Positions 34,840 to 44,871 of a DNA stretch of 64,000 bases are shown one piece after another (positions within the stretch are counted from its first letter, which is position 1; every line of letters starts with the position of its first letter). Position numbers and translations under genes: made by a program. This stretch comes from a virus: IMG/VR virus record IMGVR_UViG_3300027779_000019, positions 1 to 64,000 of that record; one strand, 5' to 3'. Below the pieces are notes generated by a model, which did not search any database, had not been told where the DNA came from, and was given only the letters and a program-made list of their open reading frames with translations.

Positions 34840-34916
34840 CCCCCTCCCCCCACGGCCCCGCCCCCTTTTTGAAAACAAGAGGGGGGGCGGGGGTAATATA
34901 TAGCATGGGGGAGGGT
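34840..34916. repeat. C-tract/G-tract inverted repeat (strong hairpin or G-quadruplex)
   Basis: cccctccccc..ccccgccccct / agggggggcggggg..gggggaggg. Confidence 0.7.
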
Positions 34917-35069
34917 GTTTTCATTCTCCCCGAAATCTTTGGGGGTATTGGAATAAACAAATCTAAAAAAATCCCAGACAATCTAAAAAAATATCACCCT
35001 TTCGAATATCAATCCAGCTGCGCTGGATTTAAATTAATGAATTTATATCGAAGACAAGTGCACTTATAT

Positions 35070-35543
35070 TTAGCGCCGCCCATCTCTTAACCGATTGATA
35101 ATCAGGGAAGTAGAGCGCCCTTTCTTAAACGGTAGGATGCAAATTTCCGCCCTGACCATCTCTAAAACGCTCCTTTCGCATATATTGAGAGACTCTACGG
35201 AGTAATCTCCGCCTTTTGCATAAATGTGAGGCCTACTAGAAGCTATAAAGTCTCTGCCACCCTTTTCGGGGAAGACAGTTACTACGTCGACGGCTCTTAA
35301 GGCGTCGAGAACGGCCGCTCTATCGTTTTCTGAGTTAATTGGGCGGTCAGACCCCTTAAGTTGGCGTACGGAGGCGTCACTATCGCATCCTACAAGTAGC
35401 AGGTCGCCCAAAGCAGCAGCTTTATTAAGATAATCTACATGACCAGCATGCAACAGGTCGAAACAACCATTCGTTACAACTAACTTCGTGCTTGGGTCAA
35501 GATCGTCTCGCCAACTACGTAAATCATCAATAGAAACAAACAT
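35070..35543 (-). CDS. RfaE/HldE domain II-like nucleotidyltransferase (ADP-heptose synthase-like)
   Basis: VVTNGCFDLLHAGHVDYL, DASVRQLKG..RPIN...RA.VL..L..VD.V, KGGDY, STS.II. Confidence 0.9.
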   Translation of the reverse strand: MFVSIDDLRSWRDDLDPSTKLVVTNGCFDLLHAGHVDYLNKAAALGDLLLVGCDSDASVRQLKGSDRPINSENDRAAVLDALRAVDVVTVFPEKGGRDFIASSRPHIYAKGGDYSVESLNICERSVLEMVRAEICILPFKKGRSTSLIINRLRDGRR

Positions 35544-35588
35544 ACAAATATATTTAGATAAACGGGTGTCTTTTTACTATAATTTTTC

Positions 35589-36620
35589 ATGTGCAAGGAA
35601 CTCTCTTCCGCCAAAGGGATCGTCTATAGGATACAGTGTTTAGTCTCCGATAAATCCTACGTAGGTCAAACAGGTAAACATTTATCCTTCTTCGATAGAT
35701 ACTCCGTAAAAAGATCATTACAAGATAAAACTCAAATCGAGCTACTAGAATACTTCAAAAGAGGTAAAACAAATAGATTTGGATCTGAACTTAGGAGAGA
35801 CGTCGAAGCTTACCCCCCTGATCAGTTCAGGGTTACTATATTAGCCAAAGAAATAAAAAAAGACAAGGAAAGAGACTCCCTAGAGGCGGAATTCATCAAA
35901 AAATACAAAACCCTTGAAAAAGGATACAATACGATGAAAAATAGCTCTTTCGCCCGTCGCGAATTGAACTCTCCTTATTCTATCGTAGATCTAAGGACAA
36001 TGAAGGAACTAAAAGGTAGTGACTTAAATGCCTTCGTCAAATCAATAATAACTGAAATAAGGCCCACCCATCGGTCAGGTAAGGAAAAAGAAAACGCCTT
36101 CAAGGTGACAAGATCACTGCTTTCGACTTTGCCTGTGTCGTTTAGGACTAATTTGCGAACCGGAAGATGGAATTGGCACACCTCGATTGAAAATTTCTCA
36201 ATATACGGATACGCCTCGTCTTGGTGGTTAAAAAGCGGAGTACCGGACAACATGGAAGTAGTTCCCCATGAATACGACACAATTTCCGGTAAAATGACAT
36301 TACCGCTGCTTAAAATAAAAGAAGGGTACCTAGTAGAACACGGGCGAGGAAAAGCGTTTAATCCTGAACCGTTTATTTTCTCTATAGACCCAATAGAGCA
36401 TCAAAAACAAAAAGAAATCATAAAAAATGAATTATCAGAGTGGATCTCGAACGAAGCTCTCAGTTATGCAGAAAAATTAGCGGAAAAATACAAATTTATA
36501 TTAAATACCCCAATCGGGCCGGGAGGTGTGGATTCTTATCTGAATCTAATAGTCGAAGACGGCGGCCGGAACTCGTCGCACGCGCACCCGCAACTTGGTG
36601 GCCGCGACCGAAAAAAGTAG
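35589..36620 (+). CDS. GIY-YIG endonuclease (free-standing, homing-type)
   Basis: GIVYRIQC....KSYVGQT, conserved R, E..FIKKY.T...GYN. Confidence 0.75.
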   Translation: MCKELSSAKGIVYRIQCLVSDKSYVGQTGKHLSFFDRYSVKRSLQDKTQIELLEYFKRGKTNRFGSELRRDVEAYPPDQFRVTILAKEIKKDKERDSLEAEFIKKYKTLEKGYNTMKNSSFARRELNSPYSIVDLRTMKELKGSDLNAFVKSIITEIRPTHRSGKEKENAFKVTRSLLSTLPVSFRTNLRTGRWNWHTSIENFSIYGYASSWWLKSGVPDNMEVVPHEYDTISGKMTLPLLKIKEGYLVEHGRGKAFNPEPFIFSIDPIEHQKQKEIIKNELSEWISNEALSYAEKLAEKYKFILNTPIGPGGVDSYLNLIVEDGGRNSSHAHPQLGGRDRKK

Positions 36621-36650
36621 AAAAGAGAGGTCTAAGCTTTTACGACTTAC

Positions 36651-37420
36651 TTAAACTTCTATAGCGCCTCTAAAAACTGAACCCGGCTGGGACATAACTA
36701 TATCGAAAGTCCCTTCAGGCCACTTTTCGACATCGTCAAAAACATAACCCAAGTCTTTTAAGTTATTTAAAGTAATTTGAAGATTCTTCATATCATAATG
36801 CTTCGAGCCGTCAGCTATCTCAACGACAAGGGGGGGCTTTTCCTCTAGATTTGTCAAAGTCTCCTTCATTCCGTTAAGGACCTTTACTTCGTATCCTTCT
36901 ACGTCTATCTTAATTAAGTCTATACCGTTTTTGAGTTGGAAGGTCGGGTATACTTCGTCAAAAGGCACCATAGGAACGTCTAGGATCGAGCCTGAGCAAT
37001 CTTTTTGCCAATCCTTGACCATTGTGTTCCATCCGAAATTACAGTCCTTGTTGTTTATTGCTATTTTTCCTATACCTCTTTCGTCAGATAGGGAGTACTC
37101 CATTATCTCGATAGATGGATCACTAATCAAGCAAGAAAATCACTAATCAAGCAAGAAAATTTAAACGCCGCCCATCTTGCGTATAAAGGGACGGGCTCAA
37201 ACAAAAGTATCCTTTCGAACTCGTAAGGAGATTCATTCAACATAAGTTCAGCGAAAGTTCCTGTATTGGCTCCTACGTCAATTATGGTTAATTTTTTTTC
37301 TTTATTTAACTCGGGAAGCTTATCTTTTACGTTCCTGAGCTCGTTCGTGCAGGTGGTATCCCACCTAGTTAAGTTTTTCGCTGATTGGGCGGTAACTTTC
37401 CAACCCGGTTCTATAGCCAT
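36651..37420 (-). pseudogene. FkbM-family methyltransferase split by a 20-bp tandem duplication
   Basis: IIDVGANTG.F and FEP in the 5' part; IDLIKIDVEGYE..VL.G in the 3' part; duplication at 37121-37160. Confidence 0.85.
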
Positions 37421-37423
37421 ATG

Positions 37424-37639
37424 TTATTGTATATTAGTCTGCCTGCTCATTTCTATTGTTTTTTCATGAGCAATATTGTTTATTTTAACTAATTTATCAT
37501 ATACGTAATTAAACCTTTTCCTATCTAACGTTAGGCTGTCGTTAGTTACTGCATGTTTTATTATTTGTATTAATTCATTTGAGATTTTCATTATGTCTTG
37601 CATCGTTTGGCTTTGGTTGTTCATGATGTTTTTGGGCAC
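37424..37639 (-). CDS. Hypothetical protein
   Basis: Short ORF in operon. Confidence 0.45.
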   Translation of the reverse strand: MPKNIMNNQSQTMQDIMKISNELIQIIKHAVTNDSLTLDRKRFNYVYDKLVKINNIAHEKTIEMSRQTNIQ

Positions 37640-37687
37640 TAATCCTCCTGCTCTCTGCGAGAGGAGGGAGCTAGTTTAAGTAACACG

Positions 37688-37945
37688 TCACCTCGCTTCT
37701 GTAAATCTATCTATTTTCACCTCTAGCTTGTCGAATCTTTCATGTACCGCGGTGAGGCCTTGGTTGAGGTCCGCTTTAGTTACGTATTGCCTTGGGAGCT
37801 CTATAGCTAATTGGGTTATTCTGGTAGTCGTTTCGTCGTGCTTCCTCCACAGATCGTCTATACTGATGTATACTCTTTTAAGCATCCATGCCGCGAAGAA
37901 AGCTATCAGCCCAAAGGCTATATCTATAATATATTGAGGTTCCAT
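37688..37945 (-). CDS. Single-TM coiled-coil protein (possible holin-like)
   Basis: N-terminal TM helix, YVTK.D...FDKLE.KID; GTGTAA upstream. Confidence 0.6.
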   Translation of the reverse strand: MEPQYIIDIAFGLIAFFAAWMLKRVYISIDDLWRKHDETTTRITQLAIELPRQYVTKADLNQGLTAVHERFDKLEVKIDRFTEAR

Positions 37946-37970
37946 GACGTCGAAACACTATTACACGAAA

Positions 37971-38339
37971 TTAATCCTCTTTCATTCTAAAACCTATCCT
38001 CCAGAGGAAATTAGCCATGCTGTCCGACATCTCCGCGACATACTCATTATCAAGAGAAAAAATACAAGCATGTATAGCTTCATCTAAACAAGTAGTTAGG
38101 AAGTCGTACTCTGCTAGATTAGGATTGATATGTATGGTTTTTTCTGGAGCCTTATTGTCTTCGCATAATCCCCAAGCGTCTCCTCCGGCTAGAGACTTAG
38201 GAGGCTTTTTCCAAACTACTCTATACCTATGACTTGCGAAATCGTGGACCCTCACCTTATCCCTTAGAGCTCTTCTCGCTTTAATTGAGACCTTGCGTCC
38301 ATAGGGTGATTGTGGTTTTCCTTTTGTGGTCCGGCTCAT
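37971..38339 (-). CDS. Zincin-like protein with degenerate HExxH
   Basis: WGLC...I.INP.L.....TCLDEAIHA...E..V. Confidence 0.5.
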   Translation of the reverse strand: MSRTTKGKPQSPYGRKVSIKARRALRDKVRVHDFASHRYRVVWKKPPKSLAGGDAWGLCEDNKAPEKTIHINPNLAEYDFLTTCLDEAIHACIFSLDNEYVAEMSDSMANFLWRIGFRMKED

Positions 38340-38875
38340 ATTTTTAGGTCTGCTTTAGATTTGCGGGAGGGAACCTTAATGACACTTTCTCGTGGTGCGT
38401 ATTTTTTAACTTTTTTCTCGTCTCTTTTATCGTTGTCCTTCTTTTCGCTACGCGGCATTAACTTCGGAGTAGATCTTCCCCTGCCGGAAGCCACTAATGT
38501 AGTAGGCAATGAATTGCTTTTCAAGCTTAAAAGCCTATAACGACCGTTGTCGCTTACGTAAACGGTATTTGGCCCTATCTTTTCGAGCTTAATGCCGTTT
38601 TTGAGCTGTTTTTCCAGTAATGAAATATATTTATTGGACGCTCCGTGCCGCTTAATAAGCAAATGTACTTTTTGGACCTTGTTTAGCCGCGTAATGCCCG
38701 TCAGATACATATCTGTACTGATGATATTTGTGATGGGTGGCAAAATCCTTATCGCCTTTTCTTTGGCAAGGTTAAAAGCGTTACGCTCGACTACGCTATT
38801 GTAAACATTGGTCTCTTGGCCATTTAGGGCAGCAATTAGGCTAAAAAATACAAAAACTGTAAATATAGTCCTCAT
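38336..38875 (-). CDS. Exported protein, possible GspC/PilP-like
   Basis: Signal peptide; Y..VVERNAFNL, LTGIT, GIKLEKI...V.V...G....LSL. Confidence 0.45.
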   Translation of the reverse strand: MRTIFTVFVFFSLIAALNGQETNVYNSVVERNAFNLAKEKAIRILPPITNIISTDMYLTGITRLNKVQKVHLLIKRHGASNKYISLLEKQLKNGIKLEKIGPNTVYVSDNGRYRLLSLKSNSLPTTLVASGRGRSTPKLMPRSEKKDNDKRDEKKVKKYAPRESVIKVPSRKSKADLKI

Positions 38876-39006
38876 AACAACAATTACACCATAGCACCTA
38901 TTTCTAGTTCAAGTTTCATTTTCTTTCTTACTGTTTCGCCTTTCCTTCTTCCAAAATACTCTTTGCCAATATTTGCGCAAATGCTTTCTCCATTGCGGTG
39001 ATCTGG

Positions 39007-39192
39007 TTAATTTGCTTTTTCTGGCCATTCTTCTTTTCTTCTTTCCTGTATGGTAAGTTTTTCTTTTTTGTTGCCGTGCGCGCTACGTCGCGGGTTGCAG
39101 CAGCATTGACAGCGAGGCTTGTTGTCTCTTGTTTTCTCTGGCCTACCGGTTTCTAGATTTAAATTGTTTCTTATAGTTCTGCTCATTTTCAT
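39007..39192 (-). CDS. Small basic Cys-rich protein
   Basis: CQCCCNPRR....LTIQERR. Confidence 0.5.
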   Translation of the reverse strand: MKMSRTIRNNLNLETGRPEKTRDNKPRCQCCCNPRRSAHGNKKEKLTIQERRKEEWPEKAN

Positions 39193-39409
39193 TTACACGC
39201 CTTTAAGATGCCCAACGCTACAAAACCAATTATAATAATTACCGCAAGATAAAGATCATAGCCCGGAAACCATTTAATCTTTATTTCCTTTTTATTTTTT
39301 TATTAGCCATTGGAAACCCATAATTACGAGTTCAGCAAGTATAAAAGGAGATAATATAAGTAGCCCAAAACCAACCGCCACCTTGTCGAACCATGTTTCT
39401 TTTACCCAT

Positions 39410-39745
39410 TTAACTTTCATCTCTTTTAAACTTAATATAAGCTGTTTCCGCTTCGTTTTCGCACGAACTGTTAGTCGGTGCGTCTGCTTCTTTTTCGCTC
39501 ATGCCCACAAGGCTATTAGCCAATAAATAAGCCTCAACCTCTTCACCGCTAACGTCAGCCAACATTTTGCCATCAATTTCAACACAGGGTTGCAGCATTT
39601 GGTTTGTTTTTAGTATCATTTCTTGTCGATGCTCTGGGTCGTTGATTATATCTCGATCATCGAATGGTAGATCGTACTTACGCATTATAGAGCGTACTCC
39701 ATTGCTCCATCCGCAGGACGGTTTCATGTATGTTGTTATTTTCAT
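39410..39745 (-). CDS. Monothiol glutaredoxin (CGWS)
   Basis: Y.KPSCGWS, QPCVEIDG.ML. Confidence 0.85.
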   Translation of the reverse strand: MKITTYMKPSCGWSNGVRSIMRKYDLPFDDRDIINDPEHRQEMILKTNQMLQPCVEIDGKMLADVSGEEVEAYLLANSLVGMSEKEADAPTNSSCENEAETAYIKFKRDES

Positions 39746-39750
39746 TCTTT

Positions 39751-40149
39751 TTATCTTGTTCCGCCTGCTTCAGTTTCCCTTGGGTACCCCGAGGCAGGAA
39801 GAAACGGGTGTGGTGGATTATGGAGTTCTTGTTGTTGTACAGACTTAATTCTAAGGGTGTCAACGTGGGCTTCCATTATTTCAACATCTTTTTCGATAAA
39901 CCGTAGACGCATATTCTGTTCCGCATCGTCTGGGAGGGCTCCGAGTTGACCAAGAGGCCACTTGACGCGAAATTCTGAGTTCATGAGCACGCTATCTTTC
40001 ATTCTTATTACGTCTGTTTCTAGGTGAGAAATCTTAGAAGTCAAACCAAAATACCCCCAGACAATCATCGCTGCTAGTACTATAATTTGTATTAGCCACT
40101 TGACGTTAATACCCAAACTTGTTTGGTCGTTTAACTTATGCTGCTCCAT
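39751..40149 (-). CDS. Single-TM coiled-coil membrane protein
   Basis: WLIQIIVLAAMIVWGYF; WP.G.LG.LP.D.EQ. Confidence 0.6.
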   Translation of the reverse strand: MEQHKLNDQTSLGINVKWLIQIIVLAAMIVWGYFGLTSKISHLETDVIRMKDSVLMNSEFRVKWPLGQLGALPDDAEQNMRLRFIEKDVEIMEAHVDTLRIKSVQQQELHNPPHPFLPASGYPRETEAGGTR

Positions 40150-40168
40150 GATATATCTAATTACACGA

Positions 40169-40486
40169 TTAAGGCTTATTATACCTTTGGGGCTCTTTTT
40201 TCTTAAGCCATTTTATAGAGTGAACTTCGTATCCGGCATTTTTTACTATTTTTCTTATTTCAGAAGGGTGGATCTCTATACCAAAATATTCTATTAAAAC
40301 TACTTGTCTATTTATATCTAATTTAAGTAGCTTTACCAATCTAGTCTTCGAGAACCCTTTTTTAATACCTATACCGCAAGAAGAACAAACTAAACCTTTT
40401 ACTCCTATTTCTATGTCAGGATCAAATATATCCGCTTTTAAGGAGGCGGACAGACAAAAAAACAATATTAATAAGTATTTAATCAT
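40169..40486 (-). CDS. Exported heavy-metal-associated (HMA) domain protein
   Basis: Signal peptide from ATG 40486; V.GLVCSSC, I...V..AGY; GTGTAA 9 nt upstream. Confidence 0.75.
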   Translation of the reverse strand: MIKYLLILFFCLSASLKADIFDPDIEIGVKGLVCSSCGIGIKKGFSKTRLVKLLKLDINRQVVLIEYFGIEIHPSEIRKIVKNAGYEVHSIKWLKKKEPQRYNKP

Positions 40487-40508
40487 AGTGGTTATTACAC
40501 TCGATCTC

Positions 40509-41489
40509 CTACCATTGATGATTCCAGTACCATCCCCATGAATCTCTTCTGCCGTATCGAACATAAGAGTCTCGCGCCTCTTCTGGTCCCGCATTAGTTT
40601 TGCGCATTTGTCTTGATAGCCCATGAACCCAAGGAAACCATGTATATTTCTGGGTCTTGAAGTTTTCTATTTTGGTGGTGGACCTATCTTTTAACCATTT
40701 TACATCTACGCTGCCATATGCCCTTCTTATCCCGTACTTGAAATTAGAACCGTCAATGTAATATTTACCTTGCGCAGTTTTTGTCCGCTCGTCCAGCCAT
40801 CTTTTGGTTTCGACATGACCATCCGCGAAAGCTAGCGCTGTTCCATCAATGTGGTACTTACCCGGAACGTCCATGTCGTATACTTTATGCGTAGGTCCTC
40901 CTTCATTCATTACTACCCGAAAGCAGCCAGCATTTATAAATTCAAATGGCATTTCTATAAAAGTAAAAATATTAGAAGGTTTTTCTATGTCGGCTTGTTT
41001 ATGGTATATTTTCCATTCTTTATCATTTTCTACTGGCCAGCCAGCCCACCCTCCTACGTGGATATTCATGCTATAGCTCCTATGACGCGGGAAGATCTGC
41101 CTTAACTCACCGGCCTTGTTTGTTATTCTGAGCATGTCCTTGTCTGCTGGGCATTTAAATACTCCAACAGATTTGCCCACGTAAGGAAAAAGGGGAGTAC
41201 TTTCTAGAAATTGTGCTTTATTTAGATATCGAGAAAGATTTAAACTTCCCGGTGCCCATGTATACTTCGAACATTTTTCATACTTCCAAGAACTTGAATA
41301 TAATATTTTGTCACCGTGGTCATCACTAAATATTGTGTGAGCCATTTGTAATTGTTTCTGATTATTTATGCAGGCTACTCTTTGTGCGATTGATTTCGCT
41401 TTGTTGATCGCAGGGAGAAGAAGGGCAACTAAGAGCGCAATGATCCCAATAACAACGAGCAACTCGACTAAAGTAAATCCTTTTTTCAT
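40509..41489 (-). CDS. Prepilin-type N-terminal cleavage/methylation + H-X9-DG domain protein
   Basis: [45 protein letters not shown]....[13 protein letters not shown]. Confidence 0.9.
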   Translation of the reverse strand: MKKGFTLVELLVVIGIIALLVALLLPAINKAKSIAQRVACINNQKQLQMAHTIFSDDHGDKILYSSSWKYEKCSKYTWAPGSLNLSRYLNKAQFLESTPLFPYVGKSVGVFKCPADKDMLRITNKAGELRQIFPRHRSYSMNIHVGGWAGWPVENDKEWKIYHKQADIEKPSNIFTFIEMPFEFINAGCFRVVMNEGGPTHKVYDMDVPGKYHIDGTALAFADGHVETKRWLDERTKTAQGKYYIDGSNFKYGIRRAYGSVDVKWLKDRSTTKIENFKTQKYTWFPWVHGLSRQMRKTNAGPEEARDSYVRYGRRDSWGWYWNHQW

Positions 41490-42436
41490 CAATAAGGGTT
41501 CCAAGTTGGATGGCTACCCCAACTGTCATTCCAATACCAACCCCACGAAGCGGACACCTTACCATCTATAGTGCGGTGATTCCCGTCCCTATTGTATCTA
41601 CCTATACCTCCCATAACTCCATACCATCTATGATTGTTGGGGTCTGGGACAATTGCTCTTGCCCTTAGCCATGCAAGATCGCGATTATTTGGACTTACTA
41701 TTTTATCCGTATTAGTCGTTGGATCTGTCGCATCAGATGATATATTTATTGTGTCTTGTTCAAGCCATCGTTTAAATTCGACGTGCGCGTCCACGAAAGA
41801 AACAACAGAGCCGTTGTTGTGATAAACCCCGGGCCAGTCTTGTGAGAAAAAGCTCTCACCACCTTTAAGTGTTGGCGCTACTCTAAAGTTTCCAGCATTA
41901 ATAGATTGAGGTGGCATTTCAATAAAAGTAAATAACAGGCTCGAATTATTTACATCGCCATATTCGTGATGAACTTTGTACTGGCTATCTGATAACCAAG
42001 GCCACCCCGACCAACCACCGACAAAGAGATTTACGCTATAGGAACGTGGCCTATTTATAGTCTTCGCATTAACCGTAACAGTGGATCTATCTCCGGGGCA
42101 ATGATATATGCCCATACCCGCATAAGGCTTTAAGGGAGAAAAGAAGAGAGGCCTATCGGTTTGACCCCATGTACCGTTACCACTCATACTGTCAGCAACC
42201 CATGCCCACATACCGGTCGGCTCTCCAGCCCAAGCTGAGGCGTAAGGGAACCTATTTTCGTGATCCCCTGCGAACTCCGAGTAAGCGAGATTAAGTTGGC
42301 GTTGGTTATTTATGCACGCGGCTCGCCACCCTGTCTGTTTAGCGGAACTTAATGAAGGGAGTAAAAGGGCCGCTAATATCGCAATGATGGCTATCACCAC
42401 CAGAAGCTCAATTAAAGTAAACCCTTTTCCTTTCAT
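41489..42436 (-). CDS. Prepilin-type N-terminal cleavage/methylation + H-X9-D(A) domain protein
   Basis: [64 protein letters not shown]. Confidence 0.9.
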   Translation of the reverse strand: MKGKGFTLIELLVVIAIIAILAALLLPSLSSAKQTGWRAACINNQRQLNLAYSEFAGDHENRFPYASAWAGEPTGMWAWVADSMSGNGTWGQTDRPLFFSPLKPYAGMGIYHCPGDRSTVTVNAKTINRPRSYSVNLFVGGWSGWPWLSDSQYKVHHEYGDVNNSSLLFTFIEMPPQSINAGNFRVAPTLKGGESFFSQDWPGVYHNNGSVVSFVDAHVEFKRWLEQDTINISSDATDPTTNTDKIVSPNNRDLAWLRARAIVPDPNNHRWYGVMGGIGRYNRDGNHRTIDGKVSASWGWYWNDSWGSHPTWNPY

Positions 42437-42867
42437 TTTTTTAATCCAGTATTTTTTTCTATTTCGGGATGCTCTTTCATTTTGTCCCTTATAGCTTTTT
42501 GCTCTTCGAATCCTTGTTCTCCGCCTTTCATTAAATAAGGGAAGCCTCCATTCAGAGGTAGTTTCTTTTCTATAACTAGCAATTTCAATCTGTCATTGGG
42601 CACGATCATTTTGGTCCCGCGATCTGTCATATAGAAAATCGTTTTTAAAAATCCGACCCTCACTATTCTAGCTTGTCGTCCACTTATGTACAAAACGTCA
42701 TCATTGCAGAAGTCTTTTCCAATGCATATTATAAGCCCTTCCGCGGACTTATGTATTGCGTCTTTAAACAAGAGTCCAACGAAAGCTACTAAAATGAACC
42801 ATCCGTAGGTTCCCATGGCCCATTCTACTTGGTTTTGGAATTCTGGCGTTACTAATTGACTTTCCAT
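42433..42867 (-). CDS. Truncated MscS-like membrane protein
   Basis: TM helix + FKDAI...GL.I..F...D.L.I.G....I..VG...T......G..MIVPN..L. Confidence 0.6.
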   Translation of the reverse strand: MESQLVTPEFQNQVEWAMGTYGWFILVAFVGLLFKDAIHKSAEGLIICIGKDFCNDDVLYISGRQARIVRVGFLKTIFYMTDRGTKMIVPNDRLKLLVIEKKLPLNGGFPYLMKGGEQGFEEQKAIRDKMKEHPEIEKNTGLKK

Positions 42868-42883
42868 TTTTATTCATTACAGA

Positions 42884-42911
42884 TTACACTACTAAAGGCA
42901 TATTAGTGTAA
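42884..42911. promoter_or_regulatory. Back-to-back GTGTAA motifs (putative late promoters)
   Basis: TTACAC 42884-42889 and GTGTAA 42906-42911 between divergent genes. Confidence 0.6.
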
Positions 42912-42920
42912 TAGCTTGTA

Positions 42921-43679
42921 ATGCCTAAGGTAAAGCGTTTCGACAGCTTGGTCTTTGATGGGGAGAATGACGTTAGGATCCTTCAAAGAGAATCTATAAG
43001 ACACAGGGACAAAATACGAATTAGAGATTTTAATTGGACCAAAAAACAAAAACAATTTATAGACTTAGCTTCCTCTAAGGACACTAAAATAATATTGGTA
43101 AAAGGCCCAGCAGGATCATCAAAAACTCTTATTTCTGTATATTCAGCACTACATTTGCTAAATGACGCCAAAGTCTCGGAAATTATATATCTGAGATCAG
43201 CCGTAGAAAGCTCTGACGCTAGACTAGGGTTTCTTCCGGGAGACGCAGACCAAAAGCTTCATTTTTTTAATTTGCCGTTTATGCATAAAATGGAAGAGTT
43301 GGTAAATGAGTCGGACAGCAAAAAACTCCAAAAAGACGAACATATAAGTTGCTATCCGGTAAATTTCTCCAGAGGGATGAGCTGGGATGGAAAATGCATG
43401 ATCCTAGACGAAGCTCAAAATAGCTCAATGCGAGAAATCGTTACCGTTCTAACTAGGCTAGGCGTAGGATCCAAATGCTTCGTATTAGCAGACCCAAACC
43501 AAACCGATCTTAAAAATGGCTCTAGAGGAGGTTTCAACAAAATCTACGAGGCCTTGGGCGACGAAAAAAGTAAAGATAACGGTATTTTTACTTTTGAGTT
43601 CTCGGAAGAAGATATAGTTAGGTCAGATTTAGTTAGGTTTTTGGTCGGAAAACTCAGTACTATAATTAGTGGCCAATAG
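42921..43679 (+). CDS. phoH: PhoH-family ATPase
   Basis: GPAGSSKT, LGFLPGD, RGMS, ILDEAQN, LTRLG, D..QTDL, DIVRS. Confidence 0.92.
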   Translation: MPKVKRFDSLVFDGENDVRILQRESIRHRDKIRIRDFNWTKKQKQFIDLASSKDTKIILVKGPAGSSKTLISVYSALHLLNDAKVSEIIYLRSAVESSDARLGFLPGDADQKLHFFNLPFMHKMEELVNESDSKKLQKDEHISCYPVNFSRGMSWDGKCMILDEAQNSSMREIVTVLTRLGVGSKCFVLADPNQTDLKNGSRGGFNKIYEALGDEKSKDNGIFTFEFSEEDIVRSDLVRFLVGKLSTIISGQ

Positions 43680-44463
43680 ATATTTTTCACAGAAAAAAAG
43701 CGAATCGAAGATTGTCTTCGAATTGTTAAGGACTAAACGCAAGAGTCTTTTGGAGAAGCTTAATGAGTTGGATTTTTCGGAAAAAGCTTGTATTAGCGAC
43801 GTGGTTTCCAAATTTAGAGAAGAAGGTCTAGACAGGTTAGCGGCAAATTTCGAAAAATTCCATAAAAAAAACGTGAAATCCCCTATCTTCTGGAACAATC
43901 CGGAAATAAACGAAAGAGGATGTTGGACATCTCGTGCGAAACAGGAATTTGACGAAACGTTATGCGGCAAGCTAGTGAATTTTTTTAAAGAAGAGGGGCC
44001 CGTGACCGTTTGCGACTTGGGGTGTGGATGCGAGGGGTACTACACTTTGGCGATGTTAAAAGCGGGAGTCAACTGCAAGGGGTTTGACGGCAACCCGCTT
44101 ACAGCGGAAATCACAAATAATATTTGCAAAGTGAGGGATTTGACTGAAGATTATAATGACGTTTATGATTGGGCTTTATGCTTGGAGGTCGGAGAACATA
44201 TACCGAAAGAATATGAGAAGGTTTTTATAGAAAATCTTCACCGAAGTAATAAAATGGGAATTATACTTTCTTGGGCTGTTGAGGGGCAAGGGGGGAAAGG
44301 TCATGTGAACGAGCGAAATAACGAATACATCAAAAAGATTTTTTCTGATTTGGGCTACCTGAACGACGTAGTGACGGAGAAGCGCTTTAGGAAAGACTGC
44401 GACCACCCTTGGTTTAAGAACACGACGATGGTCTTCAGGAACTTAAAGAATAACTTAATTTAG
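43669..44463 (+). CDS. Class I SAM-dependent methyltransferase
   Basis: VCDLGCG, GFDGNP, DWALCLEVGEHIP, SWA..GQGG.GHVN. Confidence 0.8.
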   Translation: MANRYFSQKKSESKIVFELLRTKRKSLLEKLNELDFSEKACISDVVSKFREEGLDRLAANFEKFHKKNVKSPIFWNNPEINERGCWTSRAKQEFDETLCGKLVNFFKEEGPVTVCDLGCGCEGYYTLAMLKAGVNCKGFDGNPLTAEITNNICKVRDLTEDYNDVYDWALCLEVGEHIPKEYEKVFIENLHRSNKMGIILSWAVEGQGGKGHVNERNNEYIKKIFSDLGYLNDVVTEKRFRKDCDHPWFKNTTMVFRNLKNNLI

Positions 44464-44484
44464 TGTATACACCGTAATAATAAA

Positions 44485-44871
44485 ATGAAAATATATTGTC
44501 CAAAATGCGGATCAGGATCCAATTACAACATGACTAAGCCCAAGTTCTGTCAGGGGTGCGGCAAGTCCTTTTTAAACGTAGAGTCAAATAGCGCAGTAAA
44601 GAAACAAAAAACAGTAACAAAGATAGAGGCACAGATAGCTCCTAAAATCGAGAAAGAAACTATCCCTAAAAATATAAATAAATTAGAATTCGACACTGTT
44701 GGAACGCTACAAGTAAAAGGATCTGCGCTAGGTCAATTAGTGGGAACGTCTGAAGATACCGCAGTCTTCGGGGATAGGCAACAATCAACGGAACCCAACT
44801 TTAGCAGGGAGGAGTTTCTGGAGCAGTTCAAAAAAGAAGCTGGAACTAGCCGTCCTCCAACAGATGGCTAA
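44485..44871 (+). CDS. Zinc-ribbon protein
   Basis: YCPKCG...KFCQGCG. Confidence 0.7.
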   Translation: MKIYCPKCGSGSNYNMTKPKFCQGCGKSFLNVESNSAVKKQKTVTKIEAQIAPKIEKETIPKNINKLEFDTVGTLQVKGSALGQLVGTSEDTAVFGDRQQSTEPNFSREEFLEQFKKEAGTSRPPTDG

